A stretch of DNA of 64,000 bases, taken from IMG/VR virus record IMGVR_UViG_3300037200_000074, one strand, 5' to 3'. The position numbers and the translations under genes were made by a program. The notes below the pieces were generated by a model. It searched no databases, had not been told where the DNA came from, and saw nothing but the letters and a program-made list of their open reading frames with translations. Shown here piece after piece: positions 18,503 through 27,381 of this stretch (positions are counted from its first letter, which is position 1; each line of letters begins with the position of its first letter). This DNA comes from an uncultured virus (IMG/VR IMGVR_UViG_3300037200_000074). Lineage: Duplodnaviria; Heunggongvirae; Uroviricota; Caudoviricetes.

Positions 18503-20590
18503 TTACCTAGCCTGCAGTGCGTTGAACAGCGCGCGGCGCGCGGCTAGGGTGAATTCCGTAGCTATCGCGTCTGGCGCTGGCTCGAGGTTAGGCACCATAG
18601 GGTCTAAGAAGTACTTCCACAGGTCGAGGTGCGAGTAGTAAACTATACAGTCACCGTCGGCGAAAAATACAAGCAGGGTAGGTTTGGAGCTAGCTCTGCT
18701 CGGCTTCTGGTATACCTTACCAGGTATGATTTCGTCGTCATCCGCCATTATAGCCTGCTTCCTTCAGTTTCTGTTTAACAGCAAACTGTACTTCAGGCGG
18801 TAGGGTAGATAAGGATACGAAGAGACCCTGAGGTGTGGGAATGATACCTAATTGTTCTATGTTCATCTGTGAGCGACGTGGTAGATCACCAGCAGCATCA
18901 AATAACATGGGGTCGCATTCATCGTATTGGTGCTGCATCACATGGAGTAGAGCCGCTTGACAATACTCACACACGTGAGGCTTGCCGTACTCTTTGTCGT
19001 GATATGACACTAATGCCTGCGACGTCCAAGCCATGCCGTTGCGGTTGTAAAACGTAACGCCGTCTCGCACCATAGCGTGAAGTACTTCGGCGTCTGGGGG
19101 TATAATTAGCATTTATGTGTTCCTCCCGTCTTTACTTGATTGGCTGACGACGGGCCGTCAACCTGCCAATAGCCTTAGAGATAGAATACTACCTCTACTG
19201 CGCCAGTCACACACACCACTTCTTCGATGTTGGAGTTTAGGATAAGACGCTCATGTGGCGCGATGGTTTGAACCATGCTCGTAGCACCTAGCCTGACTGT
19301 AGAGCCAGCACCAGACGTGTCGAGAATATCGACTCGTGAGAGAGCGTAATGCCCAGTAAATCCTAACTCTGCTGCAGGATAGGTAGCTGTAGCACCAGCA
19401 GCTGCAGCAATAACATGACACCCCGAAGTTCTAGTCACTGGACAATTCTCCCTATGTGATAAGTGCGCTTACAGTTGTAGCAGAATGCGTTCTCGTATTG
19501 AAATACGTCGTGCCCCCTCGAGAGACAGACGGACATAGCCAGGCGATCCCAGAAATGTCCGCCGCTGGAGACACGCGCAAGTGTATCTTCCAACCGACCT
19601 CGGGTATAGAGTACCCAGTCAGAGAGACGCTGCCACATCGATGGTGAACTCAGCGGCATCCGTGTACGTAACAGGCATCGTAGCTAGAACTATCTGTGGC
19701 ATGATAGTGTACGTGCCAGGGTAGGGAAAAGTATTAGCAGTCGTCGTAATGTACGCGTAGGTACCATCACTGCTGACCGTAGCGGTTATAACATACCGCA
19801 AACCATTCGGATTTACGATCACTGCCTGGACTGTCTCAGTCGATAGAGATAGGTCCGAGAGTAGCTTCAGCGTCTCGCCAACAGACCCTGCATGAAACTC
19901 TGATAGAAATGTAACGGATTGGTCGTGTTCTTCAGGAAACATTAGGCCTCCGGAGTAGCTGAGACTTCCTTAATTTCACATCCATGGCTGATCGCCCTGT
20001 AAAGTTTGTGAAATTTAGCTATGTCAAAAGAGTTTAGCGAATCTGGATGGCCTTTTTCGTATGCTACAACCACGAACTTACCATGAACGCTTAAGCGGGT
20101 AGGCTGAGTTGCCATTGGAGTGTAGAGTATACCCGTGTAGCTGATGCTCTTACGAGGGTCTACGAATGCTCCCAGGCGCGGAGTCAAAGGAACTAGCATA
20201 CTACGAACACCGATGAGGTGGTTTATGATACCATAGTCGGACTCTTGTTTGATTACACGCTCATCTCCCGGCGCGGAGACTAGAAGCATGGTAACGTAAC
20301 TAGAAAGGAGCGACACGTGCTAGACCCTCTTCATCTTGTTTGGCAATTTTATCTTGCCAACGTTGGGCCATCTCTTCGTATCGTTTAATGCCTTGGTCTA
20401 GCTTACTAACAGCTTGGCCCGCTTCGATTGCGGCGTCTTGAATAGCTCTTAGCTCAGGCGCTACACTACCAAGGAAAGGCGCTGATGTAACTGCTTCAAT
20501 CATACTATGAATCGTCAGTAGTGCGCTACGCGCTTTTGCGCCTTCCTCTTTTAAGGCGGTCGTCGAGAACTGAATAATACTATCTTGCAT
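18503..20590 (-). other. leftward operon of small hypothetical genes, including a BppU-like Ig-fold ORF (19619..19942)
   Basis: contiguous ORFs; 19619..19942 has a beta-rich YITT..TFPYPGTYTI pattern. Confidence 0.55.
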
Positions 20591-20618
20591 TGCTTCTCCT
20601 TGTGCTCAGAAATGGCGA

Positions 20619-20699
20619 CGCCTCCACCTCATGGGTCGGAACGTACACCAGCCGGGAACACACTTACCGGACGCTGATGCACTTCCATGAGGGGAGGCG
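20619..20699 (-). promoter_or_regulatory. long irregular hairpin in leader of 20590 operon
   Basis: CGCCTCC/CCTCATGG outer stem; inner stem with G-U pairs only on the minus strand. Confidence 0.6.
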
Positions 20700-20801
20700 A
20701 CGGTCAACTCTTTGGCCGCCGGGCCGGGCCGTCCCTGCCGATAAACTGAATATTAAATAATACGAAACTAGAGTGTTACTTAAATATGAGAAGGTGAGCC
20801 G

Positions 20802-21500
20802 TTGCTCCTGCCGAAAAGCAACTCCATGAGCATCAGAGTCCCCGCCCACCCATTCTTCTACCAGATCAAGATTGCTTCTGTAAAGAGAATCGATGAGTTG
20901 GTAAAAGACAAATTCCCCTGGGGCGCATTAAGACGCTTTGGCACCAGCCCCGAAGAGTTCATGATTGCCTTCTGGGCGATTTATGAAACGAACGACCCGC
21001 TACCCGAAGCTAAGTCGTACCTACTTCGAACAATCGCATACTACCTAGGGCAAAAGGCCCAAGTGATTGTAGAGGATGCTGGAAGGGACTGGCCAGTGCG
21101 TGACGAACTGACTGCTTCACAACCAATCACTCAACCAACTAGAGGAGAAGCTTACATGGCTACCAAGAAACCCGCCGCAGCTGCGGCAACTGCCACGGCT
21201 ACGAAGAAGCCGGTTACCACCGTCGATGCTAAGGTCGCACAAGCGGCGGCTGCAGCAGATGAGGCGTCTACACCCAAGGAACGTGGCGGCAAAGCGCCGG
21301 GCGGCGTTACGTGGGTGGAGTGGTTCAAGAAAGGCCACGCGGCCGGTAAGGAACCCAACGCAATGCGCGATGAGTACGTCGAGATCCGCAAGGCAGAGTA
21401 CGAGGGTCGCCACGACATTTTGAAACGGCATGCGTACCGTCACCTCCGGCTCGCACTGCCCGATGTGACGCTTCCCAAGGAAGCCGCAGCGGCCGGGTAA
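20802..21500 (+). CDS. putative DNA-binding protein with in-frame internal start at 21156
   Basis: Ala/Lys-rich linker; strong RBS GAGGAG before ATG 21156; terminator downstream. Confidence 0.65.
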   Translation: MLLPKSNSMSIRVPAHPFFYQIKIASVKRIDELVKDKFPWGALRRFGTSPEEFMIAFWAIYETNDPLPEAKSYLLRTIAYYLGQKAQVIVEDAGRDWPVRDELTASQPITQPTRGEAYMATKKPAAAAATATATKKPVTTVDAKVAQAAAAADEASTPKERGGKAPGGVTWVEWFKKGHAAGKEPNAMRDEYVEIRKAEYEGRHDILKRHAYRHLRLALPDVTLPKEAAAAG

Positions 21501-21530
21501 TACTCGGAGGTCCCGAACCGAGAAGCAAGG

Positions 21531-21558
21531 AACCGTCTCCACAAGGAGGCGGTTTCTT
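21531..21558 (+). terminator. rho-independent terminator candidate
   Basis: AACCGTCTCC-acaa-GGAGGCGGTT followed by TCTT. Confidence 0.6.
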
Positions 21559-22464
21559 ATGCTCTGCGAACACTGTAAAATTAAACTAGGGACGTTCCCC
21601 TACAAAGGACACCAGCTATGCCTAGACTGTCACAAAGTAATCAAAAAGATAGACAGTCAAAACCATAAGAAAGCTAAGCAATACTTATGTATACGTCGAG
21701 GTTGTAACAATGTTACGACCGAAACAGCATACTGTCAACCATGTAATGAAAGACGCAGTGCATTACGCCAAGGGTAAAGTATGCATGGACTGCGGATATA
21801 GCACTTCATATGAGCGCATTGTGTATAAAGTTGACGGGCGGCGGGTCTGTTACTGTTGCGCCTTCGGAGTAATACCGCCTTCCGATCCAGTAGCACGCGC
21901 TACTATAGAGCTTATTAGCAGGGCTCCGACAGAGGAACCGAGAAACTAACCAGTCGGGCGTGTGGCGAAAAGCCACCTTGTAGAACCTGTACGCTACACT
22001 GGTCCTACCTATTACTAGTGTAGTCGCGGATAAGGGACAAGTCAATACCAGGTAGGGTAAGTGGGCGCTCGATAAATTTAAGGAGAAGCATGCATGTACG
22101 ACGCGGACGTAGAGATCAACGTAGCTAACATGGACGACGCGGCGTTGATACGCTTCGCGGCGGACTGCATGAGACCTACCCCGGATGAACATAGTGTGGC
22201 GTCGAGTCGTCTGTACGACATTGCGACGCGCGTATCCATTGAAAACACAGCACAACGCCGAGCCTTACGTCGTAGTCGGTTTGGTGTGGTCGAAGGAGGT
22301 CTAAATGAATGAAGACGAACAACGTCAAGTCAAAGAAGTACAAGACAAAGTAAAAGGTATGGCGGCTACAATGCGCGCTGCGGCTCAAGGTAAGGTAGCT
22401 ATAACAGCTCAGTTTCTTCTCGAAGCGGCCGACATGCTCGACATCATAGTGGAGAGCACTGAAG

Positions 22465-22842
22465 ATGGCGATTGAGTCGTACTATCTCGAAGAGTTGACC
22501 AGCGAGCGACTGAGAGGTCTGTTGGAGGCTCTTGGCGGTTCCGCATCTCTAACATCCGGCAATTCCTCGCGCATGGCGGGTAGAGCAGTCGGTAAGATTA
22601 TAGGAGATAGCATTCGTAGTCGGGTGGCAGCAAAGCTGCTTGAGTTACAGGACAAGTACGGCGACATACTGTCTCCCAAGAACGCACTGTTACCCGGCCC
22701 CGCGCGGCAGGAATACGAGGACTGGTACATAACGCAACGCCAGCCGGACATCGACGCGGGCAAGAAAGATGAGAAGCACTACCGTATGTGGGCTCATGTT
22801 CATCTGTCGGACACGCTGAAATTTCGTAAAGAGTTAACTTGA
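22465..22842 (+). CDS. hypothetical protein, possibly related to 21156..21500
   Basis: YxxxR...AxxHLxxxL C-terminal helices. Confidence 0.6.
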   Translation: MAIESYYLEELTSERLRGLLEALGGSASLTSGNSSRMAGRAVGKIIGDSIRSRVAAKLLELQDKYGDILSPKNALLPGPARQEYEDWYITQRQPDIDAGKKDEKHYRMWAHVHLSDTLKFRKELT

Positions 22843-23366
22843 ACCCTTATGTCAATGCTAATTGGCATAAACTATCCGAGATCGATTCAGCGACCAATAG
22901 AGCTACATGTTCTAAGTGCGGTCCTGAGACGCGCGTAGCTCTCAAAAAGAATGGCTATGTATGTCGGAGGGGTATACCCGAACAAGTTCGATTGCATAAG
23001 CTTACTAATATCAACGAAGAGAACAGAACTGCAGATTGTGCTTATTGCGGTTTAGTAAAAATTCATGTTAAAAACTATAAGAAGACCGGAGCTAGTAGTT
23101 GGGGGTGTGGTCAAGCTGGTAAAGAAATTCGTCGTAGTCGTCTTAAAATTGCTCGCTCAGGTTATGATTACACTCAGCATAAGAAAGATTACTGTGAAAA
23201 ATGTAGCTTTATGGGTAAACCATGTCAACTTGACGTAGATCACATCGACGGAAACAAGTTTAATAATGAACAAACTAACCTTCAAACTCTTTGTGCAAAC
23301 TGTCACCGCCTTAAGACCTGGCTTGAATCTCAAGCCAAAGTACCTAAGCACAAATACGCGCCCTAG
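22839..23366 (+). CDS. HNH endonuclease with N-terminal Zn repeats
   Basis: CEKC...LDVDHIDGNKFNN...NLQTLCANCHRLKT. Confidence 0.9.
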   Translation: MNPYVNANWHKLSEIDSATNRATCSKCGPETRVALKKNGYVCRRGIPEQVRLHKLTNINEENRTADCAYCGLVKIHVKNYKKTGASSWGCGQAGKEIRRSRLKIARSGYDYTQHKKDYCEKCSFMGKPCQLDVDHIDGNKFNNEQTNLQTLCANCHRLKTWLESQAKVPKHKYAP

Positions 23367-23652
23367 CTGCGGTTGCTTACATCTCTCAAAGTATGATGTA
23401 GCCTGTATCAAGTACCGACCGTGCTTGTGCCCGTATCTCTTCCTAACTGAGCACTGTAGCATGTGTACGCATCAGGCGGGGTGCCACAAATAGTCGGAGG
23501 TCCCGCCCGCCGACTCCCGAATCTCTGATAGACAAGGCGCAGCGGGTCGCAGTTCTGGGTTATCTTGCGAACCCAGTACGCCATTCATCCGCAGCACAAA
23601 GCGCCTCCCTTACATTGGGGAGGCGTTTCGCGACCCATAGGAACACAACACT

Positions 23653-25218
23653 TTGAACACAGAGCAAACACGCCTTAACTGGGTACCATATACTTATCAG
23701 CGCGCGGCGCTGGACCGTATTACCCAAAGGCGTGCTGCTGGTATTAACTGGACACCTCTCTTCATGGGTACCGGAACAGGTAAGACTATTGTCGCGCTTG
23801 AGGACGTGATGCGCGTTGCAGAGCTAGGGGCTAGGAAATTTTTAATTGTAACTCCTATGAATGTAACTGGATCTTGGCTTGATCAGGCAGAGCTGTATAG
23901 TTTACCGATGCGTATTACGCGAGTCGTGTCTAGTATGACGCGGCATCAACGCATTCAGCATATCAGCAAACACCGCGACTACGACATCATGGTCGTGAAC
24001 TACGACACGGTGCGCATGCTCCCAGACTTGCTCTGCGCGGTTGAATTCGACTATGTGGTCTTTGATGAAATTCAGCGCTTGAAGAATGTCAAAGCGAAGC
24101 AAACAGAAAGCGCACGTCTTATAGCTCGTGATGTGAAGAGTCGAAAGGGAATGCGAATTGGCCTATCAGGTACACCAGCGCCAAAAGATACACTCGACTA
24201 CTGGTCTGAGTTCGACATACTTGATCCTTACAGCGATGTCAAGATAAAAGAGTATCATCCCCTTGGTTTAGGTAGCTACAGAGAGTACGAATATCTCATA
24301 GCGCGTAAAGAGCCGCACCCTCGTCTTAAAGGAGTGTTTACTTGGACATTCCCAGACATGATGTTAGACTTGGTCAAGCAACGTGTAGCAGTTCACGCCT
24401 ACCAGATTACTTCCGAGGAGGCACTACCCTGGCTACCGCCTAAGCGTCGCGAGAATATCTACGTAGACATGACAGATGTTCAGAGTAAACTTTATCGACT
24501 CATGAAGGAAGACGCAGTACTGGCTGTTACTGAACAGCGACCTAACGAGGCGTTGAAGGCAGAGAACGTTGAGACGCTACATGACTTTCTTCAGTCTGAA
24601 GCTTATCAGAAAGACCGCTCCCTCCTTAAAAGAGGCGTCGTGTCAGCTAAGATCGAGACCGTCGTAATGATGCGCCTCCACCAGATAACATGTGGCCACG
24701 TCGGACTAGCTGATGGGAGCATACGTACTTTCGACAATGGTAAGATAAACTACCTCGAAGAAGTATTACCTCAATGGTGTGACCCCTTCGAGGATAACAA
24801 GACGATTATTTTTACCGCCTACAGACCCAACGTACCGATGTTACTAAAATGTTCAGAGGGATTAAATGTCGGGGCGCTTACGCTTACAGGTAGTAACTCT
24901 GGCAAAGCTAGAGAGCTTGTCCAACAGTTCCAGACGGACCCCGGTGTACGCCTCTTTATTATCAATCTCGCTGCTGGGTCTTCGGGGATTACGCTCACAC
25001 GAGCGAATCGTGTATGCTATTATGCCAGTACGTATAACTGGGAACACCGCCGTCAGTCAGAAGACCGAGCCCACCGGATAGGGCAGACTCGCTCAGTCAT
25101 GTATTCAGATTTGATGATACGCAATAGCATTGAGCAGTACATCATCAAGAAGCTAGGATACAAGGAAGGGCTAGCCAGAGCTACTCGCACAACTAATGAA
25201 TTTGTAGGAATGCTGTAA
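23653..25218 (+). CDS. SNF2-family (SF2) helicase/ATPase
   Basis: MGTGTGKT, FDEIQ, LSGTP, QSEDRAHRIGQ motifs. Confidence 0.92.
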   Translation: MNTEQTRLNWVPYTYQRAALDRITQRRAAGINWTPLFMGTGTGKTIVALEDVMRVAELGARKFLIVTPMNVTGSWLDQAELYSLPMRITRVVSSMTRHQRIQHISKHRDYDIMVVNYDTVRMLPDLLCAVEFDYVVFDEIQRLKNVKAKQTESARLIARDVKSRKGMRIGLSGTPAPKDTLDYWSEFDILDPYSDVKIKEYHPLGLGSYREYEYLIARKEPHPRLKGVFTWTFPDMMLDLVKQRVAVHAYQITSEEALPWLPPKRRENIYVDMTDVQSKLYRLMKEDAVLAVTEQRPNEALKAENVETLHDFLQSEAYQKDRSLLKRGVVSAKIETVVMMRLHQITCGHVGLADGSIRTFDNGKINYLEEVLPQWCDPFEDNKTIIFTAYRPNVPMLLKCSEGLNVGALTLTGSNSGKARELVQQFQTDPGVRLFIINLAAGSSGITLTRANRVCYYASTYNWEHRRQSEDRAHRIGQTRSVMYSDLMIRNSIEQYIIKKLGYKEGLARATRTTNEFVGML

Positions 25219-25432
25219 TGTTTGAAGACTTATACAACGCTTTTATAGCTGGGATGCAAGAAGGTCAGGTTGAGTTAGGCGTGGACTATTCGCAGGGGCC
25301 GAGCGACCGTGGCCAGAATTCAGCTAGACGCTACGCACGAGAGCATGAGCTCATAAAGCGTACATACTTATCTCCTACAGATCAGATACGTTTCTACAAG
25401 CTGCTGCTGCAGAACAAAGAGCTGCCTAAGAT

Positions 25433-25534
25433 ATGATACCGCTGTACTGCGAGCATTGTCGCAGATTACTCGACCAAAGGACCGTTCCTGCTAGATGTTT
25501 TAGTTGTGGAACGGCCATAGGAGTATACAAATAG
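25433..25534 (+). CDS. 33-aa Zn-ribbon peptide
   Basis: MIPLYCEHCRRLLDQRTVPARCFSCGTAIGVYK; ATGA overlap with upstream ORF. Confidence 0.5.
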   Translation: MIPLYCEHCRRLLDQRTVPARCFSCGTAIGVYK

Positions 25535-25995
25535 AAGCTACAGACGAACTAGACTCTTTCTTTGAAGAGAGTGAAGAAGCACCCGCACAGCCGCTGGCCA
25601 CCGACTATGAGCTAGTTGAGACTATGCGCCTCATCGCTGAGAAGCGCCAATACAAAGCTGAACTTGAAGCTGAGGTAAAAGTCTTGAATAAAGACTTGAA
25701 GGACCTGAACGCTCAAGTACTGGCTACCTTCGACGCACGCGGCATTACGAAAATGTCCGTAACCGGCGCAGGTCTGTTTTATGTACAAAGCCGACCCTAC
25801 CCGTCAGTGAGTAATTTACCAGCATTCCTAAACTGGTTGGATTCCCATAACATGGGTGAAATCGCGCGGCGCACAGTCAACTTCCAGACTCTACGGTCAT
25901 GGTGGAAGGAACGCATGGAGTCCGGAGCCGAGCTACCCGACAACACACTCGTCAGTGTCTTTGACGATCGTCAAATTAGAGTACGCAAAAGCTAG
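25531..25995 (+). CDS. conserved phage replication-module coiled-coil protein
   Basis: acidic N-terminus, coiled coil, RTVNFQTLRSW motif; start uncertain (ATA 25531 vs TTG 25504). Confidence 0.7.
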   Translation: MEATDELDSFFEESEEAPAQPLATDYELVETMRLIAEKRQYKAELEAEVKVLNKDLKDLNAQVLATFDARGITKMSVTGAGLFYVQSRPYPSVSNLPAFLNWLDSHNMGEIARRTVNFQTLRSWWKERMESGAELPDNTLVSVFDDRQIRVRKS

Positions 25996-26502
25996 ATGGC
26001 TCACCGTAAGCGCATACATTTTGTAACTGTAACTGATTCAAAGTTGCGATTAGGTGTTTGCGCTAACTGCGGTTCAGTGAGCTTAATCCGGAAAGGCAAG
26101 AATTCTAAGGGAGAGGTAAAATTTGCTTGCGAAAACGCAACTACAATTAAAAGCACAGAGTTTAGTAATCAGTCTAAGCACGTATTAAATAACGTCAACT
26201 GGAATACTAAACAAGCTGAGTGCTCTGTGTGTGGTGTAACTAACATACACAACAACAGAGGTAATGCAGTGTGTAGCGGGTTAGCAAGAGCATACAACAA
26301 TACTCTAAGAAGCGGTTACAACTACAGCAAACACAAGAAAGAATTCTGCGAAGCTTGCGGCTTTATACCTCTTAATTTGTGTCAATTAGCTGTAGATCAC
26401 ATCGACAATGATCGGACAAATAATGACCTTGAAAATTTACAAACACTATGTCACAACTGTCACTCGATCAAGACGTGGCGGGCCACCTATGAAAGAAGTT
26501 AG
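25996..26502 (+). CDS. HNH endonuclease, paralogue of 22839..23366
   Basis: CEAC...LAVDHIDNDRTNN...NLQTLCHNCHSIKT. Confidence 0.9.
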   Translation: MAHRKRIHFVTVTDSKLRLGVCANCGSVSLIRKGKNSKGEVKFACENATTIKSTEFSNQSKHVLNNVNWNTKQAECSVCGVTNIHNNRGNAVCSGLARAYNNTLRSGYNYSKHKKEFCEACGFIPLNLCQLAVDHIDNDRTNNDLENLQTLCHNCHSIKTWRATYERS

Positions 26503-26505
26503 TTA

Positions 26506-27381
26506 ATGGCAAGTACGAAGAAGCCAGCGGCAACTGTTGCAGAGAGCACGGCTGTAGCTGTACCCGAGACCCTGTCCCAAGCAGAGCAAGATGAGCTCAA
26601 TGAATTTCTCGGTGTGTCGGGCAAAGATGGTAAGGAGCACATCTCACCTAACGACATCATCATGCCCCGCGTGGCGCTTCTCCAAGACCTGTCGCCGCAG
26701 GTGAAGGATAGGAATAATGAAGCTCGCGGCGGTGAGTTCTACAACATCATCACTGACTACAACTACGGTGATACTGTTGAGATCATCGCTCTCTTGTTCT
26801 ACACCTCCCGTATTAAGTGGGACAGTCCTACTCCGGGAGCGAACATCGAATGCATAGCTCGCGATGGTGAGAATGGTACAAAATATGGTAAGTGCGCTGA
26901 CTGCCGCTTCAAGGAATTTTCTACCGACGCGCAGGGTAAGAGCCAACAGCCTGCCTGCACAGAGTTCAAGAATCTTATTTGCCTACCGTTAGAAGAGGGT
27001 AAGTCTCTGTATGAGACCGCGCCTGCGTCGTTCAGCGGTAAGCGGAGTGCTTTGAATGTTATTCGGCAGCTCTTGACGCGCATGCATGCAATGCGGTACA
27101 ACAACAAGGAAGTACCGATGTACATGCATCGCTGGCAGATTAGCTCCGTCGAGGAGAAGAACGACCAGGGCACCTACTACATGCCGGTGTTCAAAGACTT
27201 GGGTATGATAACCGACATTCAAGCGTTGCGCTATCTGAAACAGCAGTATCAGGTAATGAAGGAATCTGCGGCCCGCTTTGTTATCCCTGAGGAGCACCCC
27301 GGTGAAGAATCCGCATCACGTCCTAACGCTTCGGAAGTCATAGATGCGGACTTCAAGCCAAAAGCAGAGTCCGACTACTAG
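26506..27381 (+). CDS. putative single-stranded DNA-binding protein
   Basis: IIMPRVALLQDLSPQV motif, acidic C-terminal tail, position before primase. Confidence 0.6.
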   Translation: MASTKKPAATVAESTAVAVPETLSQAEQDELNEFLGVSGKDGKEHISPNDIIMPRVALLQDLSPQVKDRNNEARGGEFYNIITDYNYGDTVEIIALLFYTSRIKWDSPTPGANIECIARDGENGTKYGKCADCRFKEFSTDAQGKSQQPACTEFKNLICLPLEEGKSLYETAPASFSGKRSALNVIRQLLTRMHAMRYNNKEVPMYMHRWQISSVEEKNDQGTYYMPVFKDLGMITDIQALRYLKQQYQVMKESAARFVIPEEHPGEESASRPNASEVIDADFKPKAESDY

